Positions 46,119 through 60,246 of a stretch of 64,000 nucleotides of DNA are shown here, one piece after another. The stretch lies in contig NC_047067.1 in assembly GCF_902459465.1 (NCBI RefSeq), forward strand, positions 16,616,001 through 16,680,000, given 5' to 3'. The notes under the pieces are model-generated. The model did no database searches, was not told the origin of the DNA, and worked only from the letters and a program-made list of their open reading frames with translations. Origin of the DNA: Asterias rubens. Lineage: Eukaryota. Made by a program: the position numbers and the translations under genes. The first letter of the stretch is position 1, and the number at the start of each line of letters is the position of its first letter.

Positions 46119-49079
46119 CCAGTCATTTGTTTTTTAATTTTAACCATTTTTTTATAAACAGCTTTTTTTGTAGTCTGTTTTCAAGGCGTTTTCAACAAAC
46201 ATTTCCCTTCCGGTTGGTTAGTCTTTTCTCCAGTCGTCGTTATTCTTACGTTCGTATGTCCTCAACCACAAATACTATTTTGACAATCTATACATTGTAT
46301 GAAAGGGCTTTACGTACGTAGTCTGTTTTCAAGGCGTTTTCAACAAACATTTCCCTTCTGGTTAGTAAGTCTCTTCTCAAGTCGTCATTATTCATCAGTT
46401 CCTATTTCCTCAACCACAACTACTATTTTGACAATCTATACATCATTAGAAAGGGCTTTACGTACTTCACAAAAATGGGTATATTGTTGACCTTTTCTTG
46501 ACATTTTGACCTGTCTTAACCGGAAGTGCATGTTAAATGCTTTGAATAGGCTTATCTTCATGGATTTGTCATTGCTTTTTTGTCCACCAGGCTTGTATCT
46601 TTGTACTCCCGGCCGGAAGCCAAACACCTTGTTTTTGTTATGACAAAAACTTAAGTCTAGTTATTATTATTATTATTATTATTACTACTGCATCATACAA
46701 GTCCCGTCTTCCCCTTTGATAAATATATTCTTGCCATATGTTCCCTGATATTCCCGTAAACACATCTTCCCATCTTCCCGTATTAAAAATAATCCCAAAT
46801 TTATTTATTCACATCCCGGCCCCGTAGTGCCCGTAGGTCTATATAACTTGTTCCAATCCCATCGTTTTCAAGTAAATCACTTCATTCCCGTCTGTTCCGG
46901 TCCCGTACCCGGTCCCTAAGAAACACACCCCGTTCCGTTTTCCCGTATGATAACTGTACATGTACATGTATACAGTAGTTTTATGTTAGTCATTGATCGC
47001 TGCAAAAGATTATCGTAACTGTTAAATTGTCCCCTTTCACTGCTATACTCTGACGCCCACTTTTGCAACTTGGTGGTACAAATTGTAAATCACTAAAAGT
47101 GTGGAAATAAATCGGAGCTTACACGTAGCCTGCGATTTAATGCCTGAAACTTTTTGTCAGTCGAAGCCGGGAATAAAGAAAATTATTTCTAGAATTCACA
47201 TATTTTGGTCAGGTAGGCCAAGCATGGATCTATAAAAAGGAACAAAGTTTTAAAAATCACACATTGGAGAAAATGGCTTTAAGTTACATATCTACCCTCA
47301 CTTTGCTTTTGCTCTGCAAAGGTAAAGCTCACCACCTGCATTTCTCCGCCATGGCAATAATGCTTATTTATATTTAAACAAGCTGTGCCTCACAATAGAC
47401 GACAAGTCACTTCCTGGAGCCGCTGGAATATTCATGTTTATTGACATGTAAATGAGCCGTCCTGGCCGCGGACCTGCCCTGTTGCTACAGGTTCTTTTGT
47501 TATAAAAATCTGCGGACTCTCGCAGAATGCATGCGGAATGGAACGGCTTGGAGGTTTTGACAAGGCGCCTAAATCCGTAAAGATTTCCTAATCTATCTGA
47601 GAAAATACTCAACTCCGATAACTTCATATATGCATTTCTAATGCGCATGCGCAAGCAATCCGCTAACACAAAACAAAGGCTATGGTGTCACCCACACACA
47701 ATGTATCCCTCAGTAGCCCATACAATTCCTCCTTCTAATTTCACCTTCTGGTTAATTTTAGGATATTGGGTAGATGAAAGTAGTAATTAAGTCTAGCATA
47801 AAGTAAAAGCATTAACTTCCAAGTAGAAGCTTTCAGTAAAAGAATCTTCTAAATTATAGAAATAAACTTATTCTTTTACTGCAATGTGTTCACTTAATGC
47901 TTTGGAGTAAATACTTATGATATACCTTGGCTGAATGGCTCTTAACAAAAGGTTTCCTTTGTATTACCACTCCCATTCACGTCTACGTACGCACACACAC
48001 ACACACAGCCCAAGCAGCATTTGATTTAGCAGACACATAGCAATCTTCAAGTCAGCAATGAGATTTTTATTCTGACAACATTTTGATGAAGTCGACTCAT
48101 CTGGACCCCAGCACCAAAATGTTTTTTGTTGAGCTTCTGAAACTTCATGGTGACCAAACACAATAACAATCAAAAGTTATAGTGGAGCAGGAGAGTGCTA
48201 TATGAGAATGAGAGCTGAATATGAGCATAGTTATTTAACTTAAACTTAAACGTTTTAATACTAATATGAAAACATTCTATTGAAATGCATTTAGTTGTTT
48301 AAAGAATTACTTCCTCTGATTTTATGAACAATAAGCCATAATGATCAAGGCATTCAGTTCTGAAAAAAAAAATGCTTTATATCTTTTTAAAAAGCTTGCT
48401 TTACTGATACAAAATGGTTTTATACAAACAGTTGTATTTTATCCACAGCATAAATATAAACAAGTTTGATTAAAAGCAGTTCGAGTTTTTGTGTATTGTT
48501 TCTGTTGTGAAACATTGTACATGTGTCTATTTAATAGTTCAGTGATGTCTTTCCTTTTGACTTAAACATTTATCCTGTGAGGAACATTCATAAACACTGT
48601 CATTTCTTCAGACAAGCCTTTTACTCTTGTGTCCAAGAAAAATGACCAGTACGTACTAGCATTTTGTAGTATTTTCTCCCTTTAATTCATATGGAAGTAA
48701 GTAAGTGCTAAAAAGAAAAGGATTTACTTTTCATTAAAAGTAGATACTCTTAGCATTAGTAGTAAACATTTGAAATTTTCAAGTAAAAGAAAATACTAGT
48801 CTTTATTCATCTGACCCACTAATCTACGTGGGATGGTATCGGTGGTGAGTATTTTCTTAGATAGGATAGGCAATCTATGGATTTAGGGAGATTCTATTAC
48901 AGAAAATACATCACCCCCAATACCTACATAGGCAGAGTAGCACCAAGTTCGAAACTGAAGGGGGGGGGGGTGTAAGTACAGTGTGGAGCCCTAGAAAAAC
49001 AAGCCTTAAGTAAGCCTGATACCTGAACAAATTTGTAGTAACAAAGGGAGTTAAGACATACTGGTTAGCTGTAAGGACT

Positions 49080-52000
49080 CAAAAACTCTTATGAGGATTA
49101 GTTGACAGTCCTGCAGTTATTCTGGGCTGGAGAAAGCGATGCTGCTTGCCAAACTTGTCTGTCCTTTAAACTTGTGCCCCTTAGCCTGGAGAGCATCTCG
49201 AAGGTAGCAGGAAGTGAGGGTTGAGGAGTTTTCAACAATCTGCCTGCATTTTACTCCCCCCCCTCCCATTTTAACTCGTATTGGTGTTTCTGCTTATTTT
49301 TTTGACAATTTAAGGGTCTATGTACTTTTTAGTTGGTTAATGTACTTTTTCTAACAGAAAACACAGTGTTTACGGATTTACATTGAGCTTGTACGGTTTG
49401 GGGATGGTGATGGTGGACGGCTTCCCTTGGAATGTTGCTTGCTGGTGTGCTGTGGTTTTTGGGGGATGGGTGGGGCAATGTCGCAGAGTTAATTTTCGTC
49501 TCAGTTTTGGCGTGTAGGGGTGTATTGGTCAGTTATGGGATGTTTTGGTATAATATCATGGCTGGTTGATGGGTTTTTGCATGCTAAAATAATGTTCATC
49601 TCACTGAGACGAAATATGTTTTGTGACTTGTTTTGCTCATTTCTAAGGGGCTGCAGTTCTTCGGTAAGTGGTATTTCGAGGGAGGCTTTCTACTCTCATT
49701 GTCTTCGGGCCCTGTAGGTTTGGTGTGAATCTGTGGACATTTTGAAAAGTAACTTGTGTATATTGTTTGTGTTATTGCTTTTTACTTGCCATCTTTTGTT
49801 TAAATTTTTACTGCAATTTTAGAATGTTTATTGTATAGTAAATAAATGTGTATTTTTTATGAGCTAGGTCTGGGAGGGCACATCTTTTTTGATGACAGTT
49901 TTTTTTACTTTTGCCCTTCCCTGGACAGCCTGTGCTTGTTTTAATGTTTTTTGTCCGAATTAAAACTAAAATAAAATAAAAATTGTATTTGTAAGGGGAA
50001 CACCTGAAAAAGAGCCCATGAGGTAGTCATGCTCCTTGTTCGAGCTTTAGTACGAAGTGGCAACCAGTTGAGGGGGTGTGTTCCTTGCCTAGGTACTAGG
50101 GACACCTGTGGTTTGGCTGAGTGTGAACATGGGGGGCTATTAAGTGCTCCCGTCAACAGTTCACCTGGTAAATCTGGTTGAACTGCAGAACCAGGCAGAG
50201 ACCCCCGTTGCTGGGCAGTAGAGATTGTAGCTGGTAGTACATGTATAACTTTGACAATCCACCCAGAAACAGTACCAGTTGAGGTTGGGTTGAACGGTCG
50301 AAGCGTTGTGTGTTCCCGTGTAGCTCCTTGGTGTGTAAAATTCAAGTATGCTATAACAAGGCACAACAATTTTACTTCTTGGCAGTTGAGAAAGAAGTCA
50401 AGCTCAGGACAAAATATTTCTGGAAAGAAAAAACCTCAGTGGTTGATTCTAGGTTTGGGAAGTTGATAAGTGCGGCAAAACGAACACCTTCATGTTCCCA
50501 CCAAAAGAGACCAGGTTCGGTTGAAAGAGCATGGACCTCAGATTCTGTGGTGAGCTGTGGAGGCTGCTAAAGGAAGACTGTCTTGACCAAGAGATCAAGT
50601 AGATATGGAGAATAAGAAGATCCAGCCAGTTCGGAGGGAGGCTTCATCAACATGCGAAGGACAGTGCTGATATCCCAAGAAGAAGTGAGTATCTTAATAG
50701 GTGGCCCCTCTAAGAACAATCCTTTTGGTCAGTAGAGGTATAGCAGTATTATGGAACAGAGTAGAATCATCATCGAACCTATGATGTACTGCTGATGACG
50801 TTGATCTGTAGTCTCGAAAGGTGGTAATCTGGAGGCCAGAATTAAAGTGGGAGAGTAAACAATCCCATATGACAGTTACAGATGCAGAAGAGGGAACAAA
50901 AACCTTTCTTGGTACACCATCAGGAAAAGAGTGGTAAATGATTGTCATACTTTGTTCTACAGGACAGTCGTCTATATTTTGCTGCAAGGGAAGCAGCGTC
51001 TTAAGCAAGGCCAGTCGTTTGGAGGGAAGACCTGAAAGCATCCACACACAAGGATGAAGACAGACTAGATCATGGTGAAGAAGCTTGAACACGGTCTGAG
51101 TGCGATGATATGGTTGCTTTGGTAAAGTAAGGGGGGTCGAAAGAGGAGATCCAGGATGTCTATAGGGCTGAAGATCTGTTCGGCCACCAGACGATAAAGG
51201 GACCATTTCGTGGGGGTTGTTCTCCCTAGCAAAAAGGGCATCCTATAAGATGATCTTCTTCCCGGAGAGGAGGCTTTTCTGTAGAGATAATTGATGGAGA
51301 AGGCACCAAGTGAGTAGGCTCTAGGTTAGCAAAGGGAAGAGGAGAAAGTCCCTCCCCAAAGTTTTATGTAGGACACAAAGGTGGAGCTGCTGACTTCACA
51401 AGGACTATTCAAGTGATTCTTCACCCGGCTGGAGGGCCTTTTGAACGGTCAGGAGTTCCAGTAGATAGATGTGATGATACTGAACTGAGAAAGAACAAGA
51501 ACCCCTAAATCCGAAGCATCAATAAGAAAAATATCACTGAAGGGAAAGGGCAGGGAAAGTTGTTCTGCAGGAAAAGGTTCCGAACATAATGGAGTCCCCT
51601 GGAACCAGACTTGAAAAGGGGATCCCTTCTCCAGCAGTAGTGTTAAAAACAGGAGAAATTGAAGAGGTCGTAAGTTTGATCTGCACCGTGGCAAAAGATC
51701 CGTAAGGCGTGCCATGAATCCCTGGAGACGAAGCCAAGCTCGAGCTGGTAGCAATGCTGAAGAGAGGGAGAGTTATACCTTCCTCCAAAACTCTGTGACA
51801 CTTCAGTGAAGGAGAGGCTCTGTCCTAGTCAAGTTGAGGGAGGCACAGAGATGCATCGGAATCTGAGAAGGAGCTAGGGAAGACTAGCCCTGGAAGATGA
51901 TGAAACCCATTTTGGGGTGGGAAAATGTCCTAGACAAGAATAGAAGGGACCACACTGAGAGAGAGTCATTGATATTCAATAATATTAAGAAGGACGTACC

Positions 52001-52140
52001 TCAATTATTTCTGGGAATGAATGAAGTAAAAACTTCATAATAAGTAACTCAAACGAATGGAAATAAAGGAAAGAGAGCCACAGGCCTAGAAATTAAGCCA
52101 ATTTGTTCTATAAGGTCAAGGTTAGTCCAGTAGTCCAAAA
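49080..52140 (-). mobile_element. Decayed DIRS1-like retrotransposon (RT, RNase H, tyrosine recombinase)
   Basis: RH-like RLQGFMARLTDLLPRCRSNLRPLQ, recombinase N-domain SASV..IWDCLLSHF.SGLQITTFRDYRSTSSAVH, and a C-terminal GTSLKD..QAAS-like motif at about 49150. Confidence 0.72.
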
Positions 52141-52219
52141 ACATTGATATAAGTAAGATAGAATAAGGTTATGGGAAAGAACCTACAACATAGATTTCTG
52201 CAGAAGAACGATGTAAAGA

Positions 52220-52660
52220 TATTGATTAAATAGGGAGACAGCCAACATAGGGCTAGATAGCTCAGTTGGGAGAGCGCCGACACGTTAAACCGGAGGTCGT
52301 TACCCAAAATCATTTATAAAATGTACCCAGTCAGTTTCCCTTGTGGTTTATTATTTGATATCTGATATAAAAAGTCGCATCCCCTTAAGGTGATCCCCTG
52401 TCTGCCGCTTCCCAGGTTGTATCGTTACCTGGGTGTGATCCCTGGCTACACGGCAGTTTGCAGTTGAATGGCTTCTGACAGGCACCCCCCGAACAAAGAT
52501 ATTGACTAAATTGGGAGACCGCCAACACAGGGATAGATAGCTCAGTTGGTAGAGCCCCGACACGTTAAACCGGAGGTCGTTGGTTCAAATCCCGCTCTAG
52601 TAAATTTTTCTTTGTTCAACCCAAAATCATTTATAAAATGTACCCAGTCAGTTTTTATTA
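52220..52660 (+). repeat. Head-to-tail tandem unit (about 280 bp) containing a tRNA-like head
   Basis: GATAGCTCAGTTGGTAGAGC...GGTCGTTGGTTCAAATCCCGC at about 52535-52600. Deleted copy at about 52250-52300 with the same 5' flank and downstream sequence. Confidence 0.75.
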
Positions 52661-53489
52661 TTTGATACATGTATATATAATATACATAGAACTAAACCGA
52701 AATATATAGAACGAAACAGAAATATATTGAACGAAGAGCCCCCTTTGACGAATAAGGGCCAGACTGCACTTTAGAACCACGGAGCTATTTAACATTAGCA
52801 TAATAGCACACACACTAGCATAATAGCACAAACATAAGCGAAATTGCAGGAAGCGTCGCTCGTGACGGACCAGTATGCTAGAATTGAAATCAAGTTGTTA
52901 GATAAAAGAGACGTTGTGCGCATTACTGCATAAACGTTGAACTATTGATCGCATTGCCACACGACTGGACACGTTAACTCAATATTTTCAATGATCTTGG
53001 ATCATCACACAGCCACAGAGAATTGTTCCCAATTCGGGGAACAAACTGCAACTAAAGGGATTATCATTCAGGCTGGTTTAAAGAGGAATTAATTACGAAA
53101 TAATAAAGGCAGCTTGACTTGCTGAGTTTATGTACGAACCAACTATGGAAGCCTTTCTTTCCCGGTCACCACGGCATGCAGCATACGTTAAGTACACAAC
53201 TGTGTAGTATGGGAATCCAACTTTCAGAGTATTATGTAACCTTTTCAATAATGATTTAAATACAACTAACACTAGGGGAACTCACTTGCGGCCAGCAAAA
53301 TCTAGATCAATATTACTATGAATACTAAACCATGACCCAAACACCTAACTATTAACTAAACCGAGAACACAGTGCCAATGGTTTTTTTTAACAGATCACA
53401 AATCAAAAGCCATAATACCTCGAAGCAGGCAATACTTTCTGCTACATGTAGGGCCGGGGTTGACAAATAAACATGCAAGAGGTTCATTA

Positions 53490-54490
53490 AATAGTATTCA
53501 TAAATACCTCAGACAGTTTCGCTATTCCTATTGGTGGAGAGCGCATCACGTGGGTGTGCATAAACCTTTATTCATAAATACCTCAGACAGTTTCGCTATC
53601 CCTATTGGTGGAGAGCGCGTCACGTGGGTGTGTTTAAACCGTTGATAATGACCAGTGTTTATAACCGGTTGTCCGCGCTAGTCTTGATGCAAGACGTTTC
53701 TTGTTACGGGCGATGCAGGTGCTGTCGGTGAGTTGGCCGCGCTGTGTGTGAAAGGAAAACCAGCGAATATGCACCAAGACTATACGCGCATGCGCACGAA
53801 CGGAACCGGAAAACACACGGGTACGGACACCGTACATGTACATTCAACATGTATACTGAACATACCATGGAATGGAAACAGACAGAGCTCAAGCACTCGG
53901 AAACGGACAAGTTTTACAGAGTTTCTTACTTTATTACGCCTTTTAACCAAAAAGGTATTTATGAATGGCAATCAAAGTGTGTTGAATCGGTTTTCAACTA
54001 GTGGTTTAAACCCGCCAAGGCCTGGTTCTTGATAATTTACCTCGACTTCGTCTCGGTAAAATTATCAAAAACCAGGCCTCGTTGGGATTAAACCACTAGT
54101 TGAAAACCTCTTCACCACACATTGATTCCCTTGTTTATGACCAGTAAAAAGTATATTGAAACATGGGCGTGACACGGGAGCTTGCACCTGTGCTTATAAG
54201 ACAGTTTCTTCATTCCTATTGGTCGAGAGCAACGGCTGACACCAGTGTGCCACATCACGCGATATGCGCGACATGCACAGCATTCCCTTATAAGGAGTTG
54301 TTTACCCGAGGGCCTTAGCATTTCATAGCTGGAGGGGTGTTGTGTTGATAGAAATCATTGAACAATTATAATTTGTGCATTTATTTTACTTTTTGACCAA
54401 AAAGTGTTGATGTTTTTTGACCGAAAAGGTATTTATGAATGGGAATCAAAGTGTGTTGAATCGGTTTTTTAACTAGTGGTTTAAACCCGC
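53490..54490. mobile_element. Non-autonomous repeat with internal 150-bp palindrome (class unassigned; possibly Crypton-type)
   Basis: 73-bp tandem duplication at the left end, inverted arms at about 53965-54120, direct repeat at 53940-54010 / 54415-54490, dispersed copy at 18395-18550. Confidence 0.55.
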
Positions 54491-54589
54491 ACTTTAACTA
54501 GTGGGCCCTGGTATGTGAACGATTTTTTCAAGCATCTTGGGGGGAGGGAATCTTAAAGGGATTCAAAAGTGTCCTTGAGAGTGCATCTT

Positions 54590-55085
54590 GAAATATAAAC
54601 GTACAATATCTGCGTAACTTGAAACTTAACGGAATTTATGGAATTAAAGCGTAACTTGAAGAAATATAAGTGATCTTGGAATGTAAGCGTAGCTTCGTAT
54701 CTTGAAACAGAAGCGTACCTACATATCTTGAAACGTAAGCGTACATGTAGCTTGACTCAGGATTGAAAGCGCACCTTTTGATAAAATTAAGCGTACTTGA
54801 AGAAACGTAAATGATCTTGGAACGTAGTGTAGCTTCGTATCTTGGAACGTAAGCGTAGCTTGACTTGGGATAGAAAGCGTACCTTTTGATTGAAAAGGTA
54901 CCTGGACGACACGTTAGCGCATCTTCGGACGTAAGCGTAGCTTCGTATCTTGGAACATAAGCGTAGCTTGACCCGCAATTGAAAGTGTACCTTTTGGTGA
55001 AATTATAGCGTAACTGCCAGTTACTAACTGGAAGGACTTAAGCGTATCTTGGAATGTAAGTCTAGCTTGAAACGTAGCCATATCT
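54590..55085 (+). repeat. Degenerate short-period array (AAGCGTAGCTT / GTATCTTGGAACGT modules)
   Basis: About 15 or more interleaved copies of these motifs by eye. Confidence 0.75.
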
Positions 55086-55296
55086 TTTGGAATAACTCAT
55101 GGGAAACTGCGACTTTTGATTGCTTAGTCGAGTCGCGACTATCACTATTCAACATACTTATTAATCATGCTGCTACGACTACGTACTATAAAAGTAGTCG
55201 CGATCGAATTCCTACTCACGACTATTCCTGACAATTTGAAATTTTGAAACAGTACCAGACATCGGTGACCGTCCTTCAATCCTATTCAATCCAGTC

Positions 55297-58200
55297 CTTC
55301 TCAAATCGTATTGTCATAAACTCTCCGTAAGTAACATAACCATAACATGTGAGACTGTGTACAGCTAGCTAGAAACCATCCAGTTGCAGGAGCTGCCAAC
55401 TGAGGGCGCTAGACATAGACAAGATGATTCACTTGTCACATCTTTCCTCCAATAAAGAAATAAGAGTCATACAGTTCAAATAATATTGTTCATCCAATAG
55501 AATCTTAAAGAAATAGATCCAGTTCCAATGTTAGGTCCATCCATAGAATATTGTGACTCCAGTGTGGTTCAGTTTCAAATAATGTTTTGTCTTCAAATCA
55601 AACAATCCGAGTAGCCTTTTCAATGCATAACTGAATAAACACTAACTCTACTTTCTAACTTTTGTTATTTTCACAAGCCTGTTCTTTTCTCAGTCCTGTA
55701 CTTTTAGTAGGTTACAAAGTCAGTGAGATGTGTGGGTTGTTTCACTGTGCGTCCTGATCTAGTTGTGACCAATGGTTGTCGTTGTCCTGCGTCTTGTGGT
55801 GGTTCTACACAATGTATGTTCGCGTCAATGGTTGTTTCCTTTGTTGTGACATTGGCATCAAAGTTTGGGTTGATTGGACTGTAATCCTCTTTGGTGCTGC
55901 AGAGATCTCTGCGATTTCTTCGGTATGTTTTGCTGGTTTGGGTCATCACTTCATATGATCGCAGTTAGGTTTTCTTGCGGGTTACAATCACTTTTTCCAC
56001 TCTACCTCGTCTTTCATTGGTTTGACTCGAACTGTTTCACCGACTGTCAGTGGAGGGAGGTCTTTCGCTCTTTTGTCATAGTGATACATGTATGCCTGTC
56101 GTTTCTTGTTGTCAGCGAGTTGTTGGGGAACCTTTGTGATAATCTTTGGCTTGAGCAGTTTGTTTGTTGAAGGCAGCAGTGTCTTGGTTCTGCGATTCAT
56201 CAGTCGTTGAACAGGACTGCTGGACAGTCCTTGAGATGGCTTGTTACAAAAATCAAGTAACGCCAGGTACGGGTCAGCTTTGGCTTTTGAGGCTTGAGCA
56301 TTGTTTAAGCCATCTTTACTGCTTGCTCTGCTTTTCCATTGCTTTGGGGATAGTATGGAGATATTGTTGTATGGGTAAACTCCCAGGTTGAAGTGAATGC
56401 TTGAAATTGTTTGGATGTAAACTGTGGTCCATTGTCTGTGATTAAATTATCAGGGATACCATGTCGAGCGAAGTTAGCTTTGAGCTTCCTGATGACTGAG
56501 TTAGCCTTGGTATCGTCTAGGTAGTCGATTTCCCAGAAGTTGGAGTAGTAGTCAATTGTGATGAGGTAATTCTTTTCCCCTTGAACACACAGGTCAGCTC
56601 CAAGTTTTGCCCATGGTCTATTTGGAATTTCATGAGGGTGTAGAGTTCCTTTCTGCCTGCTTGGACTCTAGTGATCTGCAGATGTCACACTTTTGGATGA
56701 AGTCTTTCACCTCTGCTGTGATACCTGGCCAGTACAGACATTCTCGTGCACGACGTAGACACCCTTCAATTCTGAAGAGGAGTGTATGCGTTGAAGCATA
56801 CTACTACGGAGGGATTTTGGTAAGATTACTCTTTCCCCTTTGAAGAGAAGGCCATTCTGGATGCTTAGCTCATCTCTGATGTCAAAGTAGGGGTTGAGCA
56901 AGTTGGGGACGTCACGTTTCATTTCAGTCCATCCATTCGATATGGAATCTTTGAGCAACATCAGCGTTTGATCATTTGCTGTGTGCTGTTGTATGTCATT
57001 TAATCTCTGTGGAGTGATAGGCAGATGTTGACTGTTTCTAATCCCTTTTGGAAGCAATCTTGCAGTTTCTCAATAGGTATGCTCTGCTAAGTGTATCCGC
57101 CAGATACACTTCTTTACCCTGGTGGTACGAGACCTTTACATCATAGGTCTGTAGTCTCATCAGCATCCTCTGCAGACGCTTAGGTGCACGATGTAGAGGT
57201 TTAAGAACAATCATCTCAAGTGGCTTGTGATCTGTCTGCACATTAACTTGGCGTCCGTATGTGAACTGATGAAATCGTTCCAGGCCAAAGATGGCTGAAA
57301 GTAGCTCTTTCTCAATTTGAGCATATCTAGTTTCACAGTCAGTGAGGGCTCTGCTTGCATATGGAACAGGCTGACCTATCTGCATCAACGCTGCCCGTAG
57401 CCCGGACTGTGATGCATCGGACTGCAGAGTGAGCTCCTCCTTTGGATCATAGTACTTCAGTACTGGTGTCGCCGTGGTTACCATCTTAGTAATGGCATCT
57501 ACTGCCTTGTCACGGCTATCTAGCCAGTCTGCGTCCTTCTATGTCAACTTTCTCAGTGGCTCACAGGTAGCGCTCAGCTGTGGAAGAAACTTGCTGAGAT
57601 AATTGACAAAGCCAATGAATCTTTGTAGCTCTGTCTTGTTGGATGGCTTAGGCATCTCTTGCACAGCTTTCACCTTTGCTGGGTCAGGTTTCAGTCCATC
57701 TACTGTGATGAGATGTCCCATGAATGGCACCTGCTTCATTGTGAGCTTCAATTTGGCTTTGTTTAGCTTCCCATTTCTCTGACGGCATCTTTCAAGCAGA
57801 GCTTTTAGCTTCATGTCATGGTCGGCTGTTGCTTCAGCCATTGTATCCCCTTTTCCGAATACAAGTATATCATCAGCTTTGGTTTAAACTCCCTCAAGAT
57901 CTTCTATAACTTGGTCTTGTCGTCGTTGGAATTCCTCTGGCGCTGGCTGATTCCAAATGGCATACGCAGCCATTTGTATCTGCCAAATGATGTGTTGAAT
58001 GTTGTCAGGTATGAGCTTTCTTCTTCTAGCTCAACATGCCAGAAACCATTCTTTGCATCTAGAATGGAGAACACTTTGGCATTGTTCAAGTCGGGAAGGA
58101 TATCATCAATCGTCTTCATTGGGTAGTGACTTCTGTTGAGTGCTTCATTCAGATCTTTGGGATCAAGACAAATTCGCAGTTTGTGTGGTTTGATCAGACT

Positions 58201-60246
58201 TGATACCCATGGAGTAGGTGTATCAACTGGTTTGACAATTTGTGTTTCAGTCAGTTTGTCTAACTCTCCCTTCAGCTTCTGCTTGAAAGCGATTGGCACA
58301 CGTCTCGGTGGATGCACCACGGGTGTGACGGTTGAATCCACATCAAGGTGATATTTGTTCTTGAGGCATCCTGTTCCTTCAAAAACATCTGCAAACTCGG
58401 TGATCAGTTGCTCTGCTGACTTCACTGTCTGCATTGGTGGGGCAACATAGGCAATATTATCATGATGAACTTCTATCATGCCCATCTGTTGTGCTGCTTT
58501 ACTCCCCAGTATCGGTGTCACTCCTTCATCTTGTACAACAACAAAATCTACCTTGTACTTCTTCTTGTTCTTGAGATTGATCATCTTTAGTTTGCATCGC
58601 CCAAGTGGAATCAATTGTCTTGTTGTACATGGACAACACTTGCTTAGTCTCTGATAGCTGTGCATCTCCTATCAGATGTTTAGGGATCACATTACAAGTT
58701 GCTCCTGAGTCGATTTGAAGAAGAACTTGTTTTTTCGCTATCATCATTTTGGCATAGATGTTTTTCGCGAATGATTTGTCCACTGTGTGGATTGTCTCTG
58801 GTACGAGCTCCATGGTCATGAGTTCCTCGTACGATGAGTCGTCGGAACTGTCGTCATCTGCAACTGCATAAACTCTGGTACCTTTCGAAAGGCATTGTTT
58901 GGCAAAGTGGTTCGCATCTTGTGACACTTTGTGCATTCCTTTCCATATGCCGGGCAATTCTCTTTCACAAATTCGTGCTGTAGCCCACAGAATTTGCATG
59001 AGCGTGCCCCATCACTACGTGCTGGTTTTCGTTGCCTTCGTTTGTATACAGCATGCACTTCTGGGGCTTCAGGTTCTTCCAAAGTTTTAACTCTTTCCTT
59101 GGATACCTCTGATGCTCGACTTATGACTAGACATTTCACAAGGTCAAGGCTACTTTCTCGTAAGAGCCTTTCACGTAGATTGGAATCTTGTATTCCACAT
59201 ATTATACGATCTCTCAGAAGCAAGTCAAGAAGTGTTTCGAAGTTGCAAGTCTCGGCCAGTAGTTTCAGCTCAGTAAGATACTTCTCTATGGACTCTCCAC
59301 CCTCTTGATTTCTAGTGAAAAATCTGTATCTCTCTACTGTTTCGCTCTTTTTCGGATCACAGTGTGCATCAAAAGCCTCCAGGACATCGGCAAGCTTTGA
59401 TTCATTTGTTAGCCCCAGTGTCTTGAACAGCTCTCGTCCTGTAGTACCAACAAGATACTGAAACATCTTCACCTTGATTTGGTCTTCTTTCTTGGCCATT
59501 GCTAGGTCAATGTAAAGTGTAAGCTCTTCTCGACTCCACCTTTTCCATGTACGGGAAAGGTCTCTGACCTCCATGTCAAGGTTCGCGGGTGGCCTGATTC
59601 TGTCCATTTTCTTTCTTTGCATTGCAGTCAGACAATAATTATGCTCACGCACAGAAATCTACCCAGGTATTTACTCCCAAGACTTATACTAATCAGCTAA
59701 ATCATGGAAGGGGTCAGACCCGTCCCCCAGGATCAATAACTATACACAAACACAAAAATATCTGACTACTGCAGCAAACTGATCATATAAGTTCACTCTG
59801 TAATTGTTCTTTCCTTGTCTGGCGTAGTTCTCCTGGACAGTTCATGTGTTTCTTGATTTGTTTCTCAATTTCTACAAGTTATTTCTGGAGTCTAGCTGTA
59901 CTTAAAACAATTTCTAAAGTAAATCTGTTACCTGGTTAGACGATCACTTCTTCATGCCATACACACACACCTGAAGAGCACATGTCATGAGTTTCCAATT
60001 AATTAGTGCAGCCTCGGTCAATTTCAATGCCTTGTGCTGTCCTTTGGAAATCTTCTTCAATGCATGGACCAAATACACGATAAACACTTCTGACACCATG
60101 AAATATGCTGGGCTTCTCAAATCGTGTTGTGTGTAAGTAACATAATCATAACATGTGAGACTGTGTACAGCGAGCTAGAAATCATCCAGTTGCAGGAGCT
60201 GCCAACTGAGGGTGCTAGACATATACAAGATGATTCACTTGTCACA
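55297..60246 (-). mobile_element. Older Ty3/Gypsy (Mag-like) LTR retrotransposon with disrupted gag-pol
   Basis: LTRs at 60099-60246 and about 55297-55440 (diverged; terminus of the 3' LTR altered). PBS TGGTGTCAGAAGTG (tRNA-Leu-type) at 60085-60098. PPT GGAGGAAAGA. Gag 58816-59652, protease DSGATCN, RT (LDAKNGFW), RH (QSDASQSG, EKELL), integrase (TDNGPQF). Confidence 0.93.

Noticed and set aside
47330-47655. Promoter (TGCGCATGCGCA) and first exon ATGGCGGAGAAATGCAG|GT for the tubulin gene
   Set aside because: The peptide MAEKC does not resemble a tubulin N-terminus. The region shares an inverted repeat with 44500-44535, and the motif also occurs in a repeat at about 53785.
52530-52605. Functional tRNA gene (also SINE heads at 3545 and 45202)
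   Set aside because: The acceptor stem does not pair convincingly, and the heads are embedded in repeat bodies.
55270-55300. TSD for the second Gypsy element
   Set aside because: The right flank AATAG is not found in direct orientation at the left. The 3' LTR terminus is replaced, and the nearby CTATT is probably coincidental.
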